A stretch of DNA of 64,000 nt from Candidatus Babeliales bacterium (GCA_963722075.1 CAVRJM010000001.1:128001-192000), one strand, 5' to 3'. Positions 37,808 to 49,270 are shown, counted from the stretch's first letter. The notes: generated from the sequence alone by a model not told the origin. A program made the numbers and translations.

Positions 37808-38121
37808 AATTATTTAAAGTTAAAAAAATATAGCAAAAAATAGGAGTAGTAGCAAGAATGGCATGCTTTTTGCAATAGCATAAAAATCTTATGGATAACT
37901 TTTTTGTTGCCAATTTTGAACAAACACAGCTCTTTTCGATTACGTTTCATTGGTCTTTTTATTCATTATTAGCAATTAAACGGTAAATCTAGTATCATAA
38001 TTATAAACAAATTATAAAATAATAGATCACCATCCGCCTACGTTTACCCTTCGACGGGACAAGCGCTTTATCCCGCCTTAGCTTTTAGCGGCGGCGGATC
38101 GTGACAAGAAAGTAGTTTATA

Positions 38122-38616
38122 ATGGAATGGATTAAACGATTTTTGAAAAAAGTAATTTATCAGGAACGCTCTCCTGAAAAATTGGCTCTCTCTTTTTGTA
38201 TAGGTAATTATATAGCTTTTTCTCCCTTTCCTTGTTTTCATACAGCAATGGTATTTCTCTTTAGTTGGTTATTTAAGCTTAATTTTGCCGTTACCTTAGC
38301 ATCTTCCTGTTTTATTAACAATCCCTGGACGCTTATCCCGGTATATGGAGCTGATTATTTTTTTGGTTATTGGTTACTGTATAAAGTATTAAATCTTAAT
38401 ATTGCCTATTATGATCCATGGTGGATGCAACCCATTAATAGTTTTTGCATTAAAACACTGGGAATTGCTAAACCCTGCATTTTTTCCTTCTTAATTGGGG
38501 GAAATATACTTGGTATTGGTCTTAGCCTTCTTTTATATCCCATTATGAAACGAATATTCACCTATTATATAGCAGCAGAATTTGGAACAGCGCATGAAAA
38601 TAGTTACTCAAAATAA
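38122..38616 (+). CDS. DUF2062-family membrane protein
   Basis: SPEKLALSFCIG..NNPWTLIPVY. Confidence 0.8.
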   Translation: MEWIKRFLKKVIYQERSPEKLALSFCIGNYIAFSPFPCFHTAMVFLFSWLFKLNFAVTLASSCFINNPWTLIPVYGADYFFGYWLLYKVLNLNIAYYDPWWMQPINSFCIKTLGIAKPCIFSFLIGGNILGIGLSLLLYPIMKRIFTYYIAAEFGTAHENSYSK

Positions 38617-39043
38617 AAAAGCATTTTTTGATTATGAAATTTTAGATCGCTTAGAGGCAGGGATAGTATTGAATGGCGATGAAGTAAAATCAATTCGTGC
38701 GGGCCATATTTCGCTTATAGGCGCCTTTGCCCACGTTAAGGATGGTGAACTATACCTCATTAATGCTTCAATAACACCGTATGCGCAGGCCTATCAAAAA
38801 AAAGAAGATCAAGCGGCGCGTACTCGTAAATTGCTCATTAAACGACGTGAATTAACTCGCTTGGTAGGTGATATTTCCCGTAAAGGCGTTACGGTAATAC
38901 CGCTCAAAGTTTATATCAATGAGAGGGGCTTAATAAAGGTTGAATTGGGCATCTGCAAGCATAAAAAAGCTGTTGAAAAGAAACAAGCTCTTAAAGAACG
39001 CGATATTAAGCGCGAGACTGCACGCGAATTAAAAAAACACTAA
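38594..39043 (+). CDS. smpB: SsrA-binding protein
   Basis: NKKAFFDY, EAGIVL, EVKSIR, RTRKLL. Confidence 0.97.
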   Translation: MKIVTQNKKAFFDYEILDRLEAGIVLNGDEVKSIRAGHISLIGAFAHVKDGELYLINASITPYAQAYQKKEDQAARTRKLLIKRRELTRLVGDISRKGVTVIPLKVYINERGLIKVELGICKHKKAVEKKQALKERDIKRETARELKKH

Positions 39044-39747
39044 CCAATCTTATGTATCCGTTTCCATTCACCCAATGCTACCGGAAAATGCGGTAATGCT
39101 AGTTCCAATAATGCATATGCATACGCGCGAATTTCATGTTGTGCACCCGGATTCATGCGCAGCTTCATAAAATGCATTAATGAATGTAAATTGCAGGTGA
39201 AAATAAATTCTGAATAGGTGCATAAGGGAAGCACGGCACGTGCTTGCTCTCGGCTGACTCCTTGGTCAAGTAAATGAGCGTAGGTATTCGATGCTAATTC
39301 TAATGATTGTTTATAGGCTTCAGTGAGCTGCTTATTTTCAAAAGCACCGGTGGAGCATTGGCGATTAGTAGCATCTTGATAGCGCCAATACGTGGGAATG
39401 TAAAATTCTAAGGGTGCCTTTACATAGCGATAACTAATTTCATTATAGGAATTCATGCGATGTCGCATCCATTGGCGAACCACAAATAAGGGGGCCTTAA
39501 TTCTAAAAGAAAGTTGGTTGTGTTCAAAGGGGCTGGTGTGGTTATGTTCAACCAGATATTTAATTAATTTATGATCCCGCTCAGTTACCGTTGTGGACAT
39601 TTTTCCATAGGAAACGCGCGCGGCATTAACAATATCTAGATCTGATCCTGAAACTCGTATTAGTTCTACTGAGCTGATACCATCGTGCAATGGGTCGATG
39701 CCGGTGACTGATTTTTCATATTCTTGGGCGGTAATAATTTCATTCAT
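39040..39747 (-). CDS. thyX: FAD-dependent thymidylate synthase
   Basis: HTSPFEH, RQWMRHR..SYNEISYRY. Confidence 0.97.
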   Translation of the reverse strand: MNEIITAQEYEKSVTGIDPLHDGISSVELIRVSGSDLDIVNAARVSYGKMSTTVTERDHKLIKYLVEHNHTSPFEHNQLSFRIKAPLFVVRQWMRHRMNSYNEISYRYVKAPLEFYIPTYWRYQDATNRQCSTGAFENKQLTEAYKQSLELASNTYAHLLDQGVSREQARAVLPLCTYSEFIFTCNLHSLMHFMKLRMNPGAQHEIRAYAYALLELALPHFPVALGEWKRIHKIG

Positions 39748-39844
39748 AATTTCCTACTTTTAGTAATTTGTTAAATTTATTTAAAATGTGAGTTTTTGCT
39801 TAGTGCAGAAAATTATGATACTTGATATGGATTTACAAATGGAC

Positions 39845-40055
39845 GTCGTTGCGATCTAGCCTTCGCTCAAGAGCTTCGGCGGACATGGCCCCTGCCGAAG
39901 CAATCCAGGCTCAATTATAAATTTTTTAACTACTGATTTATTAATTAATTTAATGAATTATTAATTACTTTTTTATTAAATTAATGAGCTTTTCCAGGTG
40001 CCTATACTCTTTATTTGGTTTTTAATCTGGATTGCTTCGGCAAGCTCGCAACGAC
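39845..40055. repeat. Copy of the palindromic-repeat element with a nested module in its left arm
   Basis: Arms at 39845-39909 and 40027-40055; insert at 39855-39883. Confidence 0.85.
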
Positions 40056-40169
40056 GGCTTTCTATCTACATATTTTTTAACTTTGAGTAAATCATAATAT
40101 TTCTACAAAAAATCAATTGGAATCTAGTATAGCGTTAAAAATGTATAAGAAAAAATAAGAAAAATGAAT

Positions 40170-40586
40170 TTACTTATTTTCAAATATTTTTGAGATAAGC
40201 TTATCAATATGTACATCATAATCTGTTCTCATCTCATTAATTTTATCTTTCATACGAAGTATATCTTCAAGCATTACATTAGGAAGGGAACCACCTTCCT
40301 TTGCGCTTACGATCATAAAAAGTAATCGTTCATGGGCTGGTAAATATGCATAATAACCCACTCCTCCTTTAATTGCATCAAAGGTTCTAATCTCGGAAAT
40401 AAAATTTTCAGCTAAAGTTTTTAAATTAACAGGGCCTGTTTCACGTAATATTTTTATGATTTTTCTTTCAAATTCAGCCGCTTCTATTGCCTCTCTTTCC
40501 CGAGAACTTAATTGTCTTTCCATGGCCATAAGGGTAAATGGGGCAAAGGCTATGGTAAAAAGGGCTATTTTTAACAGATTTTTCAT
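40170..40586 (-). CDS. Secreted hypothetical protein
   Basis: GGAGG RBS; signal + AME. Confidence 0.75.
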   Translation of the reverse strand: MKNLLKIALFTIAFAPFTLMAMERQLSSREREAIEAAEFERKIIKILRETGPVNLKTLAENFISEIRTFDAIKGGVGYYAYLPAHERLLFMIVSAKEGGSLPNVMLEDILRMKDKINEMRTDYDVHIDKLISKIFENK

Positions 40587-40753
40587 TATTTCCTCCAAAG
40601 TATAGGGTTTTTTATTAATTATAACATTTCTATTTGTCAAAAATATAGGGTTTAAAGGGGATTTTAGAGCCTATCCCCAGCTTCACTTTGTGATATAGGG
40701 CTTGTCCCATGGTATTCTCCCGTGCCGGCAGGTATAAATAAGTTTGGGGCGGC

Positions 40754-40783
40754 TTGTCCCGCCGTAGCCTTGGCGAAGGCGGA
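40754..40783. repeat. Second repeat module (ccgccgtagccttggcgaaggcgga)
   Basis: Related to modules at 38032, 44912, 55071 and 62254. Confidence 0.65.
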
Positions 40784-40787
40784 AAAA

Positions 40788-40815
40788 TTGACATTTTCAA
40801 GGTTTTGCGTAGAAT
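40788..40815 (+). promoter_or_regulatory. Sigma70 promoter for rpmA-secF
   Basis: TTGACA-N16-TAGAAT. Confidence 0.65.
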
Positions 40816-40903
40816 AAACAATAAAAATAGGTAAAAATCATTACTAATTTACCTTTCTTATACAAAACTGTTCTTAAAAATTATTCATACAAAAGGATTT
40901 GCG

Positions 40904-41164
40904 ATGGCAACCAGTAAATCGGGCGGTTCCACCTCGAACGGCCGAGATAGTCGTAGTAAACGATTAGGCGTTAAATTATTTGATGGGCAAGTAGTTAACG
41001 GGGGCGAAATTCTTGTTCGTCAACGTGGTACTAGAATTCACCCCGGTTCTGCAGTAGGTATTGGAACTGATCATACCCTATTTGCATTATCTTCTGGATT
41101 TGTTAAGTTCCATTATGGACCTAAAAAAAGAAGATATGTATCTATTATTGAGAAAAATGCGTAA
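40904..41164 (+). CDS. rpmA: 50S ribosomal protein L27
   Basis: [18 protein letters not shown]. Confidence 0.97.
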   Translation: MATSKSGGSTSNGRDSRSKRLGVKLFDGQVVNGGEILVRQRGTRIHPGSAVGIGTDHTLFALSSGFVKFHYGPKKRRYVSIIEKNA

Positions 41165-41247
41165 TTTTTCCCATATCCAATAATAGTTTTATAATAAAAA
41201 ACGAGTAATACCTTATGCTATCACCTAGTTTACGGTTGGAGAGTACC

Positions 41248-42135
41248 ATGATAGATTTTCTAAGATATCGCGTAGCATGTGCTATTTTTTCCCTCTTAAT
41301 ATTTTTTGGTTTTATTGGCATGTATGTATACCGTATGAATACTCGAGGGTATGCTTTTAGCTATAGCGTTGATTTTACGGGTGGTACACAAATTCTGATG
41401 CGTTTTGCACAACCGGTTACTGATAGCCAAATTAAGGATGTACTTGAGCGCAATGGATTTAGTAATCCGGTCATGCGTGATTTCTCGGCGACTGAAGTAG
41501 CAGTACGGCTTAAACAAGTTGCTACTGATACAAAGGGATTAAGTGATACGATTAAGCAGACCTTGCAAGATGGATTTCCTAATAATAGCGTTGAAATACT
41601 TTCTGTCGATAGTGTAAGTGGTGCTATTGGTGAAGTATTGCGTTGGAAATCAATTTATGCTGTTTGTTTAGCGCTTTTCTTAATGTTGTTATACATATGG
41701 TTCCGTTTCTGGTCGGTAAGTTTTGGCGTGGGGGCAGTTGTAGCGCTTTTTCATGATGCCATGGCCATTCTTTTTGTTTTCTTATTATTAGATAAAGAAA
41801 TTTCTATCAATGTTATTAGTGCAATTTTAGCGGTACTTGGTTACTCGATTAACGATACGATCGTTATTTTTACTAGGATTCGCCAAAACATAAAAACAAT
41901 GAAAAACATGTCTATTGATAAGATCGTTAATATCAGCCTTAATCAAACATTACGTCGCACCATTTTAACCAGCTTTGCAACAACGTTAGTGGTATTATCG
42001 CTCATGATTTTAGGTGGCGAAGCATTGCGCGATCTCTCATTAGCATTATTGGTTGGTATGATCTTCGGGACTTATTCATCTATTTACATAGCAGCTCCGG
42101 TTATGTTACTCTTATATAAAGAAGGAGCTAAATAA
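41248..42135 (+). CDS. secF: Protein translocase subunit SecF
   Basis: DFTGG, LFHD, GYSINDTIVIF, GTYSSIYIA. Confidence 0.95.
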   Translation: MIDFLRYRVACAIFSLLIFFGFIGMYVYRMNTRGYAFSYSVDFTGGTQILMRFAQPVTDSQIKDVLERNGFSNPVMRDFSATEVAVRLKQVATDTKGLSDTIKQTLQDGFPNNSVEILSVDSVSGAIGEVLRWKSIYAVCLALFLMLLYIWFRFWSVSFGVGAVVALFHDAMAILFVFLLLDKEISINVISAILAVLGYSINDTIVIFTRIRQNIKTMKNMSIDKIVNISLNQTLRRTILTSFATTLVVLSLMILGGEALRDLSLALLVGMIFGTYSSIYIAAPVMLLLYKEGAK

Positions 42136-42341
42136 AATACTAAACACGTTTCTTTTAACAAATCAATGGAGTGAAAAATTCGTCTATTTTGTTTCATTTT
42201 TATGTAAGTAAAGCAGTGTATTGTCATTATATATTCACACTGTTTTTTGTATTCTAAAAAATTTCGTTTTTTTAATATTCTATTTAAAAAAGTAATAAAA
42301 AATTTTTAATTGTATCATTCTTCTTAAGGAGATCTATCGTT

Positions 42342-43646
42342 ATGGTAACGCAAGAATTAGAGAAAATGAGTCTTGCCGATTTAAATCAATATGCACGAAA
42401 ATTGGGTGTAGTAGGCGCTACCTTAATGTCAAAAGTGGTTTTAATTCAAAAAATTAAAGAACTACAAGAAAATCCTGATAAGGAATTGGAAGTAGAAGGG
42501 GTATTAGAAAAATTACCTGATGGATTTGGGTTTTTACGATCTGCTAAATTTGATTATGTATCCGGCCCTGATGATATTTATGTTTCGCCATCTCAAATAC
42601 GTCGTTTTGGTTTAAGAACGGGGGATACGGTATCAGGCGTTATCCGTAAACCTAAAGACGGGGAAAAATATTTTGCCTTATTAAAGATTGATAAAGTAAA
42701 TTTTATGGATCCATCAACGCTTGGTGATCGATTATTCTTTGATCGCTTAACACCGTTGCATCCCGATAAAAAATTTAATTTAGAATCTAATCCCACCTAT
42801 ATTTCTACTCGTTTAATGGATATTTTCTCGCCTATAGGTAAAGGACAGCGCGGATTAATTGTTGCGCCGCCAAAAGCAGGTAAAACGGTTCTCTTAAAAG
42901 AAATCGCTCAAACTATTTTAGCCAATCATCCAGAAGTATATCTCATTGTTCTTTTAGTTGATGAACGCCCTGAGGAAGTTTCTGATATGCGCCGTTCTAT
43001 AAAAGGCATGAACGCTGAAGTAATTAGTTCTACCTTTGATGAGGCAGCAGAACGTCACGTGCAAGTTGCAGAAATTGTGTTAGAGAAAGCAAAACGCTTT
43101 GTTGAAGTAGGCAAAGATGTGGTTATCGTGCTTGATGCTATTACCCGTTTAGCGCGTGCTTATAATACTATTGCACCAGCATCTGGTAAAATTTTAACCG
43201 GTGGTATTGATGCTAATGCTTTGCAGCGGCCAAAACGGTTTTTTGGTGCAGCACGTAATACTGAAGAGGGCGGATCTCTTACCATTATTGCAACCGCATT
43301 AATTGAGACTGGTTCTCGTATGGACGAAGTTATTTACGAGGAATTCAAGGGAACTGGTAATATGGAAATGCACCTGAGTCGAAAATTAGCAAACCGTCGC
43401 TTATTTCCTGCCTTTGATCTACTCATTTCTGGTACCCGTAAGGAAGATTTACTACTTTCTCCCGATGAACTTAATAAATCATGGATTCTACGTAAGTTCT
43501 TGGCTACAATGCCTACGGTAGAAGGCATGGAATTCTTAATTGATAAAATGAAAAAGCATAAAACGAACGCTGAATTTTTTGAATCAATTCATAAGAAGAA
43601 TGGAAGCAGCTCCAATGGTTCTTCAAATCCTGGCTCTGCAGCATAA
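42342..43646 (+). CDS. rho: Transcription termination factor Rho
   Basis: [31 protein letters not shown]. Confidence 0.98.
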   Translation: MVTQELEKMSLADLNQYARKLGVVGATLMSKVVLIQKIKELQENPDKELEVEGVLEKLPDGFGFLRSAKFDYVSGPDDIYVSPSQIRRFGLRTGDTVSGVIRKPKDGEKYFALLKIDKVNFMDPSTLGDRLFFDRLTPLHPDKKFNLESNPTYISTRLMDIFSPIGKGQRGLIVAPPKAGKTVLLKEIAQTILANHPEVYLIVLLVDERPEEVSDMRRSIKGMNAEVISSTFDEAAERHVQVAEIVLEKAKRFVEVGKDVVIVLDAITRLARAYNTIAPASGKILTGGIDANALQRPKRFFGAARNTEEGGSLTIIATALIETGSRMDEVIYEEFKGTGNMEMHLSRKLANRRLFPAFDLLISGTRKEDLLLSPDELNKSWILRKFLATMPTVEGMEFLIDKMKKHKTNAEFFESIHKKNGSSSNGSSNPGSAA

Positions 43647-44717
43647 ATTAATTTTTTTGGTAGCAGTAATAGGATTCTTGGCTACTGCAATGGAACCACC
43701 GCATAAGAAAATAAAAGAAACTAAATCCTTGCCAGCTTTATCAGAGCGATTGCCTACTGAAGCATCGTTACGCATTAGAGCGATTTATTGCTTAGCACAA
43801 AAATATCATGAAGAGAGTCCATATGGTGAAGGTAGTGAAGATAATACATTATCAGCTATAGCAACAAAGGTGCCCGATAATTGCTGGTGTTTACTGGAAG
43901 CGCTTTATAAAAAGAAACTACAGCCAACGCGTGCCTTAAGATTCATATGTAAGCATATTATGCCGATGAAGACATGGTGTACGATTTAATCAGTATTGGT
44001 GCAAGCCCCAATTGCTTTGTGCGGTGTGATGGGTATCGCATACCCATTTTAGTAAGTATGATTAAAATTGGCAGGTCATCAGTTGTCGAAGCATTGCTAC
44101 AATGTGGTGCTCATCCCAATAAAGTATATTACCATGATGATGCTTGTTCATATGAAAATAGAATATATAAATCAATTTCAGTATTAATGCATGCTGCGCT
44201 TTTTAAAAAGAAGAAAGAAATAGGCATACTTTTGTGTTATGGCGCAGACATAGCGCAAAGGCAGGGCGCCGGTTATACCACATTGGAATATGCTGCACCT
44301 GATAAAGAAGCGATGGAATTATTATTAGAGGCAGGTGCACCTAAAAATGATGCCGTGCTCGATTTTACTATTGAAAAAAAATACACCCAGATAACCAATT
44401 GGCTATTAATAAGCCATGATTTCAAACCAGATTTAGAAACATTGTGTCGAGCGTTAGAAAAAAATGAATCTGCTACGGTTGGGGTACTGTTAGATTTGAA
44501 AATTCCTGAAATTACTATCCATAGCAAATGGGGCACATATCCTATCGTTGCTAAGGCGATAGATAATGATTGTGTTGCAAGTCTAGAACAATTTCTTAAT
44601 CGTGGATTACCCATTAATTATCAAGTTGATCAACGAGGTACTACGTTACTACAATATGCACGACGAGAAAATGCAGTCAGAATCATGCAGTATCTTACAG
44701 AGCATGGGGCTCATTAA
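43615..44717 (+). pseudogene. Secreted ankyrin-repeat protein split by a -1 frameshift near 43952
   Basis: Signal + AMEPP in the first frame; ankyrin repeats (LLQCGAHPN, LLEAGA, LTEHGA) in the second frame, open from 43953. Confidence 0.7.
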
Positions 44718-44736
44718 TTCTATATACTCAAAAAAG

Positions 44737-44953
44737 ATGTCGTTGCGAGCTTGCGAAGCAATCCAGGCTGAACATTTTTCAAAACTACAAGAATTAATTT
44801 ATCTATCCAAAAAACCCGAAATAAGTATGTTTATTATCTTTCCATTATTATTACCAGAATTAATTTGCGTGTAATTAATAGAGCAATTTTTATATAAACC
44901 TGGATTGCTTCTCCGCCGAAGCTCTTCGAGCGAAGGCTGGATCGCAATGACAT
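44737..44953. repeat. Copy of the palindromic-repeat element with a nested module in its right arm
   Basis: Arms at 44737-44767 and 44899-44953; insert at 44912-44941. Confidence 0.85.
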
Positions 44954-45029
44954 TGGTTTATAATTTTATGTAAATTGAACATCACTTTCTACAATAATCT
45001 GCCCAAGAAGAATTATTAAAATAGAGACA

Positions 45030-47045
45030 TCATGCGGCTGGATTAAGGTATTCATATGCATTATCAATAATCGAGCTTTCAATTCCTTCTTCTTTAAGAA
45101 TATCAAGTGCAATATGTTGCTCGGATATTCCTGGCTCTAATTTAAATGGATAATGAATATGACCAAGCGGGTCAATTTCTACCGATACTTTGTAATTACT
45201 AAAACTTGAATCCTCACTGAGTTGTGTTAGTTCAGCAAAATGGGTGGCGATAATACTCAAACAATTGGGCAACGTTCCTAAATAATGCGCAATGCTTAAT
45301 GCAGCAGCTTTGCTTTCGGCAACTGAGGTTCCGTTAAATAATTCATCCATAGCAAGTAAGCACCGTTGCTGTTGATTTATTTGTTGGGTAATATCACACA
45401 ATGTATGAACGCGTATCACTTGTGCCTTAAATAATGAGTTACCCGAAGCAATATCATCTTGAATATTTAAATAGGTGGCAATTGCGTCAAAAGGGGTAAT
45501 TATTGCTTTATCAGCTGCAGCGATCCCGATAGTTTGGGCAAGTACTATATTAATTATTAATCCTTTAATAAGCGCTGATTTTCCGCCGGCATTGGGACCC
45601 GTCAAAATAACATTGGGTTTATCGGTATCGCCCATAACTAAGGAATTAGGGACCACTATATTTTTATTAATTAAAATGTTCCAAAAGTTATGCAGTTCAA
45701 TAAAAGGAGTTGCTTGTGCTTTATATTCTACAAAACAGAAATGAACATGCTCATGTTCAAACTCTTTAAGGAGCGTGGCACATGAGAGGTATGCATCTAA
45801 TTGGCCTACTAATAAAAATAATTGTTGGAGTGATGCTTTAACGGTATGCATCAAACGATACGCAGCTAAAATAGTTCCTTGATGAGCAAAAAAGGTGGCA
45901 GGAGATTTAAAAGTATCGCTTTTTAATAAGGTAAATAATTTTTTTATTTTTTTGTATTTTTTTAGGGTGTCCATTTGGTTAATGAAATCAGTGGCAATAC
46001 TGCAGTGTTGCATTAAGTAGCGATTATGTTTAAGGATATCGTACATCTGTTCAAAAGAAGCAAACGCATCTGCCAGCGCCATTAACTTTTGGTGCATTAA
46101 AAGTTGGAGGGTAATATTATCAATGGTCCAATCAAAATTTTCTTTAAATGATAAGCCTGAATAACCACTAGCTAAAGTACAAAGTCCTGTTTGGGCATAT
46201 TTATTGGTACTAAAATAAGTAATGCAAGCACTTAATACCGCAGGACATACGCTTTGAAAATAAGTGCCAACTTGATGAATAGTATTTGGTAATGGTACAT
46301 CAAGTAATTGCATTAAACTATATAGTGGCAATGAAACAACGGCACCCAGTAAAAGTGCTGTGGTAGAAATACGAATTTGATGGTCCCATAATGATTTTGC
46401 TAGCAGTAAGAGTTCAGAGCTATTTAATAAATGATCAAATTTTTTTATGGCTGGTATTGAAAAATAACAGCGCTTACTTGCTTGTACAAAGCCATCTTGG
46501 CCGCCATAAAATGATAAGATAATATTTTCTTGAAGTGCAATTTTTTGTAAGCATTCATGTAGCTGCGTATATAATGATTCATTGCTCATGAAATAACGAA
46601 TGAGTGATTGCCGTTGTTGTAATTCGGTTATAGAACTAATAGGCGCGCTGAGCAACCCATATAAGTAGATTCTACCAAATTGTGTAAGGGTGCGATCAAC
46701 ACAATGTGCAGCAAACGTATCTTCCTTTTTATTACCGCACAAAAGATTAATATCTTGAGCGGTAATCATATCAAATAAAATTGCGGGCAGCTGCGTTGGG
46801 TGTTGTATTGCGGCCTTATCAAATATGGTAAAGGTAGTTTTTTGTTTTTTGAATGGTTGAAGATTTTGTTGGTATTTAAAACAGCGATTAAGATAATCGC
46901 CAAAGCATTCATTGGGCCATTCCTCATCGTCCCATGAAAGTGAGCGCATTGCGTACGGTTCTATTTTTTTATAAATAGTTTCGTGTGCTTCAGTTGATAA
47001 TAATAACCAAGTAATTAAAATAATTAGTAGATGTTTTTTTTTCAT
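45030..47045 (-). CDS. MutS-related ATPase (domains III/V) with signal peptide and TM segment
   Basis: TGPNAGGKS, SLFKAQ, MDELFNGT, ATHF. Confidence 0.85.
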   Translation of the reverse strand: MKKKHLLIILITWLLLSTEAHETIYKKIEPYAMRSLSWDDEEWPNECFGDYLNRCFKYQQNLQPFKKQKTTFTIFDKAAIQHPTQLPAILFDMITAQDINLLCGNKKEDTFAAHCVDRTLTQFGRIYLYGLLSAPISSITELQQRQSLIRYFMSNESLYTQLHECLQKIALQENIILSFYGGQDGFVQASKRCYFSIPAIKKFDHLLNSSELLLLAKSLWDHQIRISTTALLLGAVVSLPLYSLMQLLDVPLPNTIHQVGTYFQSVCPAVLSACITYFSTNKYAQTGLCTLASGYSGLSFKENFDWTIDNITLQLLMHQKLMALADAFASFEQMYDILKHNRYLMQHCSIATDFINQMDTLKKYKKIKKLFTLLKSDTFKSPATFFAHQGTILAAYRLMHTVKASLQQLFLLVGQLDAYLSCATLLKEFEHEHVHFCFVEYKAQATPFIELHNFWNILINKNIVVPNSLVMGDTDKPNVILTGPNAGGKSALIKGLIINIVLAQTIGIAAADKAIITPFDAIATYLNIQDDIASGNSLFKAQVIRVHTLCDITQQINQQQRCLLAMDELFNGTSVAESKAAALSIAHYLGTLPNCLSIIATHFAELTQLSEDSSFSNYKVSVEIDPLGHIHYPFKLEPGISEQHIALDILKEEGIESSIIDNAYEYLNPAA

Positions 47046-47115
47046 AACTGCCTTTTTTGATAAATGAATTGAGTAATAATGGCAGTTTGAAGAATAATTA
47101 TTGTATCTATATTTG

Positions 47116-48096
47116 TCAAATTAATAACGGGTATTCTTTAAACCCAATTAAACGACATTCAGGCTGCGGTAAAATACCAAATTGTTCATAAACGCGTTGT
47201 TGCATAGTGCGCGCAAGAGAAATAATATCAGCGCTAGTTGCATTGCCTTTATTAACGATCATATTAGCATGCTGATACGAAACAATGGCATCTCCATAGG
47301 TAAGTACTCCTTTTACCCCAATTTTATCTAAATAATAAGCAACATAAATAAGCTTTTTGCCGTTGCTCATGAGGCTTACTTCATGCTCATAGAAGTTTCT
47401 AAAAAAGCTACCGCAGGTTCCGCTGGTAGGATAACGTGATGCACGATGGCGAATAATTTCTACGGATCGTCCGCGTGCAAATGCTGCTTCTAGTTGGGTG
47501 ATTTTTTTTACTTTAAAGGTAGCGCTTACTAAATAATACTGATCTGATTGTAAGGTAGAATCATTATAGCCAAAATTAAACCACCCATTATCGACATGTT
47601 TAATAATTCCAGTTTCTTTTTCTATAACTTCCGCGCTTACCAAAAAATGGGAAAGTAGGAATTGAAAATAATGCAAATTAATAAAAACGGAACCGCCTAC
47701 GGTGCCGGGAATACCGCTAAATTCTTCCAGCCCACTCAGATTATTATCAAGGCAGGTATTAATAAGGTCAGCAATAGTAATGCCCGCGCCAGCTTTTACT
47801 AAAAGATAATCTTTGTCACCATCAAAAAATTCAACATTTTTTAAGTGAGGACGAATTACCAACCCATTGAAGCCCTGATCGCTTATTAAGATGTTGGCGC
47901 CTTGCCCCAGGAGAAAAATAGGCAGATTGTATTGTTGGCCAAAAGAAAGTGCACTTTGGAATTCATGAATATGTGTTGGTTCACTAAAAAAAGCAGCAGT
48001 GCCGCCCGTACTAAACCAATTTTTATCGTGCAATGGCACGTTAATCTGAATGTTTGAAGGAAGTAAAGATGGTTCTATAAGTTCAAGATTATTCAT
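47116..48096 (-). CDS. murB: UDP-N-acetylenolpyruvoylglucosamine reductase
   Basis: LGQGANIL, GIPGTVGG, GSFFRN, HANMIVN. Confidence 0.93.
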   Translation of the reverse strand: MNNLELIEPSLLPSNIQINVPLHDKNWFSTGGTAAFFSEPTHIHEFQSALSFGQQYNLPIFLLGQGANILISDQGFNGLVIRPHLKNVEFFDGDKDYLLVKAGAGITIADLINTCLDNNLSGLEEFSGIPGTVGGSVFINLHYFQFLLSHFLVSAEVIEKETGIIKHVDNGWFNFGYNDSTLQSDQYYLVSATFKVKKITQLEAAFARGRSVEIIRHRASRYPTSGTCGSFFRNFYEHEVSLMSNGKKLIYVAYYLDKIGVKGVLTYGDAIVSYQHANMIVNKGNATSADIISLARTMQQRVYEQFGILPQPECRLIGFKEYPLLI

Positions 48097-49018
48097 TGGT
48101 TTGTAGTTGAATGGAACAAACTTTTTTTGGTATGGTTCGAATTACTACTTTTTTTTGTTCAACTAAGATGGAACATTCTTTGCTACAGGTATTGCCAAAA
48201 CGTGCGATGCAGCCAGGACAGGCGATAAATTGGTTATTGCATTCAGCATTTATGCAGTTAGTATAATCATCATACATAATGCCGCATAGTTCGCAATTAG
48301 TCAGAATATCATCAGTAACCTTAACAGCAATGCGCCCATCAAAAACATAGTTTTTGCCTTTAAAATAACCATCGGGGAACTGCTCTGCGTAGCGATGAAT
48401 ACCCCCTTCAAGCTGATAAACTTTGCTAGCAACATTTTTTGATTTTAAGTAACTTGATGCGCGTTCGCATCTAATGCCACCGGTGCAATACATAAGCACT
48501 TCTTTATCTTTAAAAAGTTCTTGATTAGCATCAATGTAGTCAGGTAACTCCCGAAAATGATCAATATTTGGGGTGATTGCCTGCTTGAAAGCGCCAATAC
48601 GTGATTCATAGTTATTGCGTGCGTCTAAAATGATTAAGTTATCAGGTGGTTCAGTCAGGAGCTCATGTACCTGCTCAGGAGTTAGGTGAATTCCGCCATT
48701 TTTAGCGGTAATTTCTTGTGTATCAAGCCCTAGATGAGTAATTTCATTTTTAACGACAATGCGTAAGCGGGGAAAGTAATCGGCAGCGCCGTCACTTTCT
48801 TTAAAATCAATATGTAAAAATAACGGATGCTCATTCATAAGCTGTTTATAGCTTGCAATTGAATCATTAGTTCCACCTAAGGTGCCATTAATTCCTTCAT
48901 GAGCAATGATAACGCGTCCTTTAAGATGAAGCTCTTTACCTATTTTTTCTTGCCATTTTCTGATTTGCTCAGGATAGGTAATATCGACGTATTTATAAAA
49001 TAATATAATTTTACCCAT
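48089..49018 (-). CDS. trhO: Rhodanese-domain tRNA uridine(34) hydroxylase (YceA/UPF0176)
   Basis: EGINGT, DARNNYE, MYCTGGIRCE. Confidence 0.9.
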   Translation of the reverse strand: MGKIILFYKYVDITYPEQIRKWQEKIGKELHLKGRVIIAHEGINGTLGGTNDSIASYKQLMNEHPLFLHIDFKESDGAADYFPRLRIVVKNEITHLGLDTQEITAKNGGIHLTPEQVHELLTEPPDNLIILDARNNYESRIGAFKQAITPNIDHFRELPDYIDANQELFKDKEVLMYCTGGIRCERASSYLKSKNVASKVYQLEGGIHRYAEQFPDGYFKGKNYVFDGRIAVKVTDDILTNCELCGIMYDDYTNCINAECNNQFIACPGCIARFGNTCSKECSILVEQKKVVIRTIPKKVCSIQLQTNE

Positions 49019-49270
49019 AGTTTGTTATTTATAGTGGTTAAAGTGATGAAGCGGGAATCATTTTTTCTTAAAAGTATCAAAAAACTCTCAATTTGTCGAA
49101 TAAGGCAGGTATATTACTAGCAGGCAAATATATAAAAATTAATGTATAAGGCCATGTTGACTAAGATTTAGTTTACGTAGACGGATGGCCATCCATTAAT
49201 AAAATTATTCATACAACTATTCTAAATTATATGTTTCAGGTGCATTTGTCGGGTATTTCGGAGGTCTAAG

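Noticed and set aside
44602..44874. ORF spanning the ankyrin gene end and a repeat arm
   Set aside because: Out-of-frame overlap with a real gene plus repeat-derived sequence; no RBS
12073..44953. CRISPR array interpretation of the ~30-bp repeats
   Set aside because: The repeats are inverted pairs dispersed over kilobases, not regularly spaced direct repeats, and no cas genes are present
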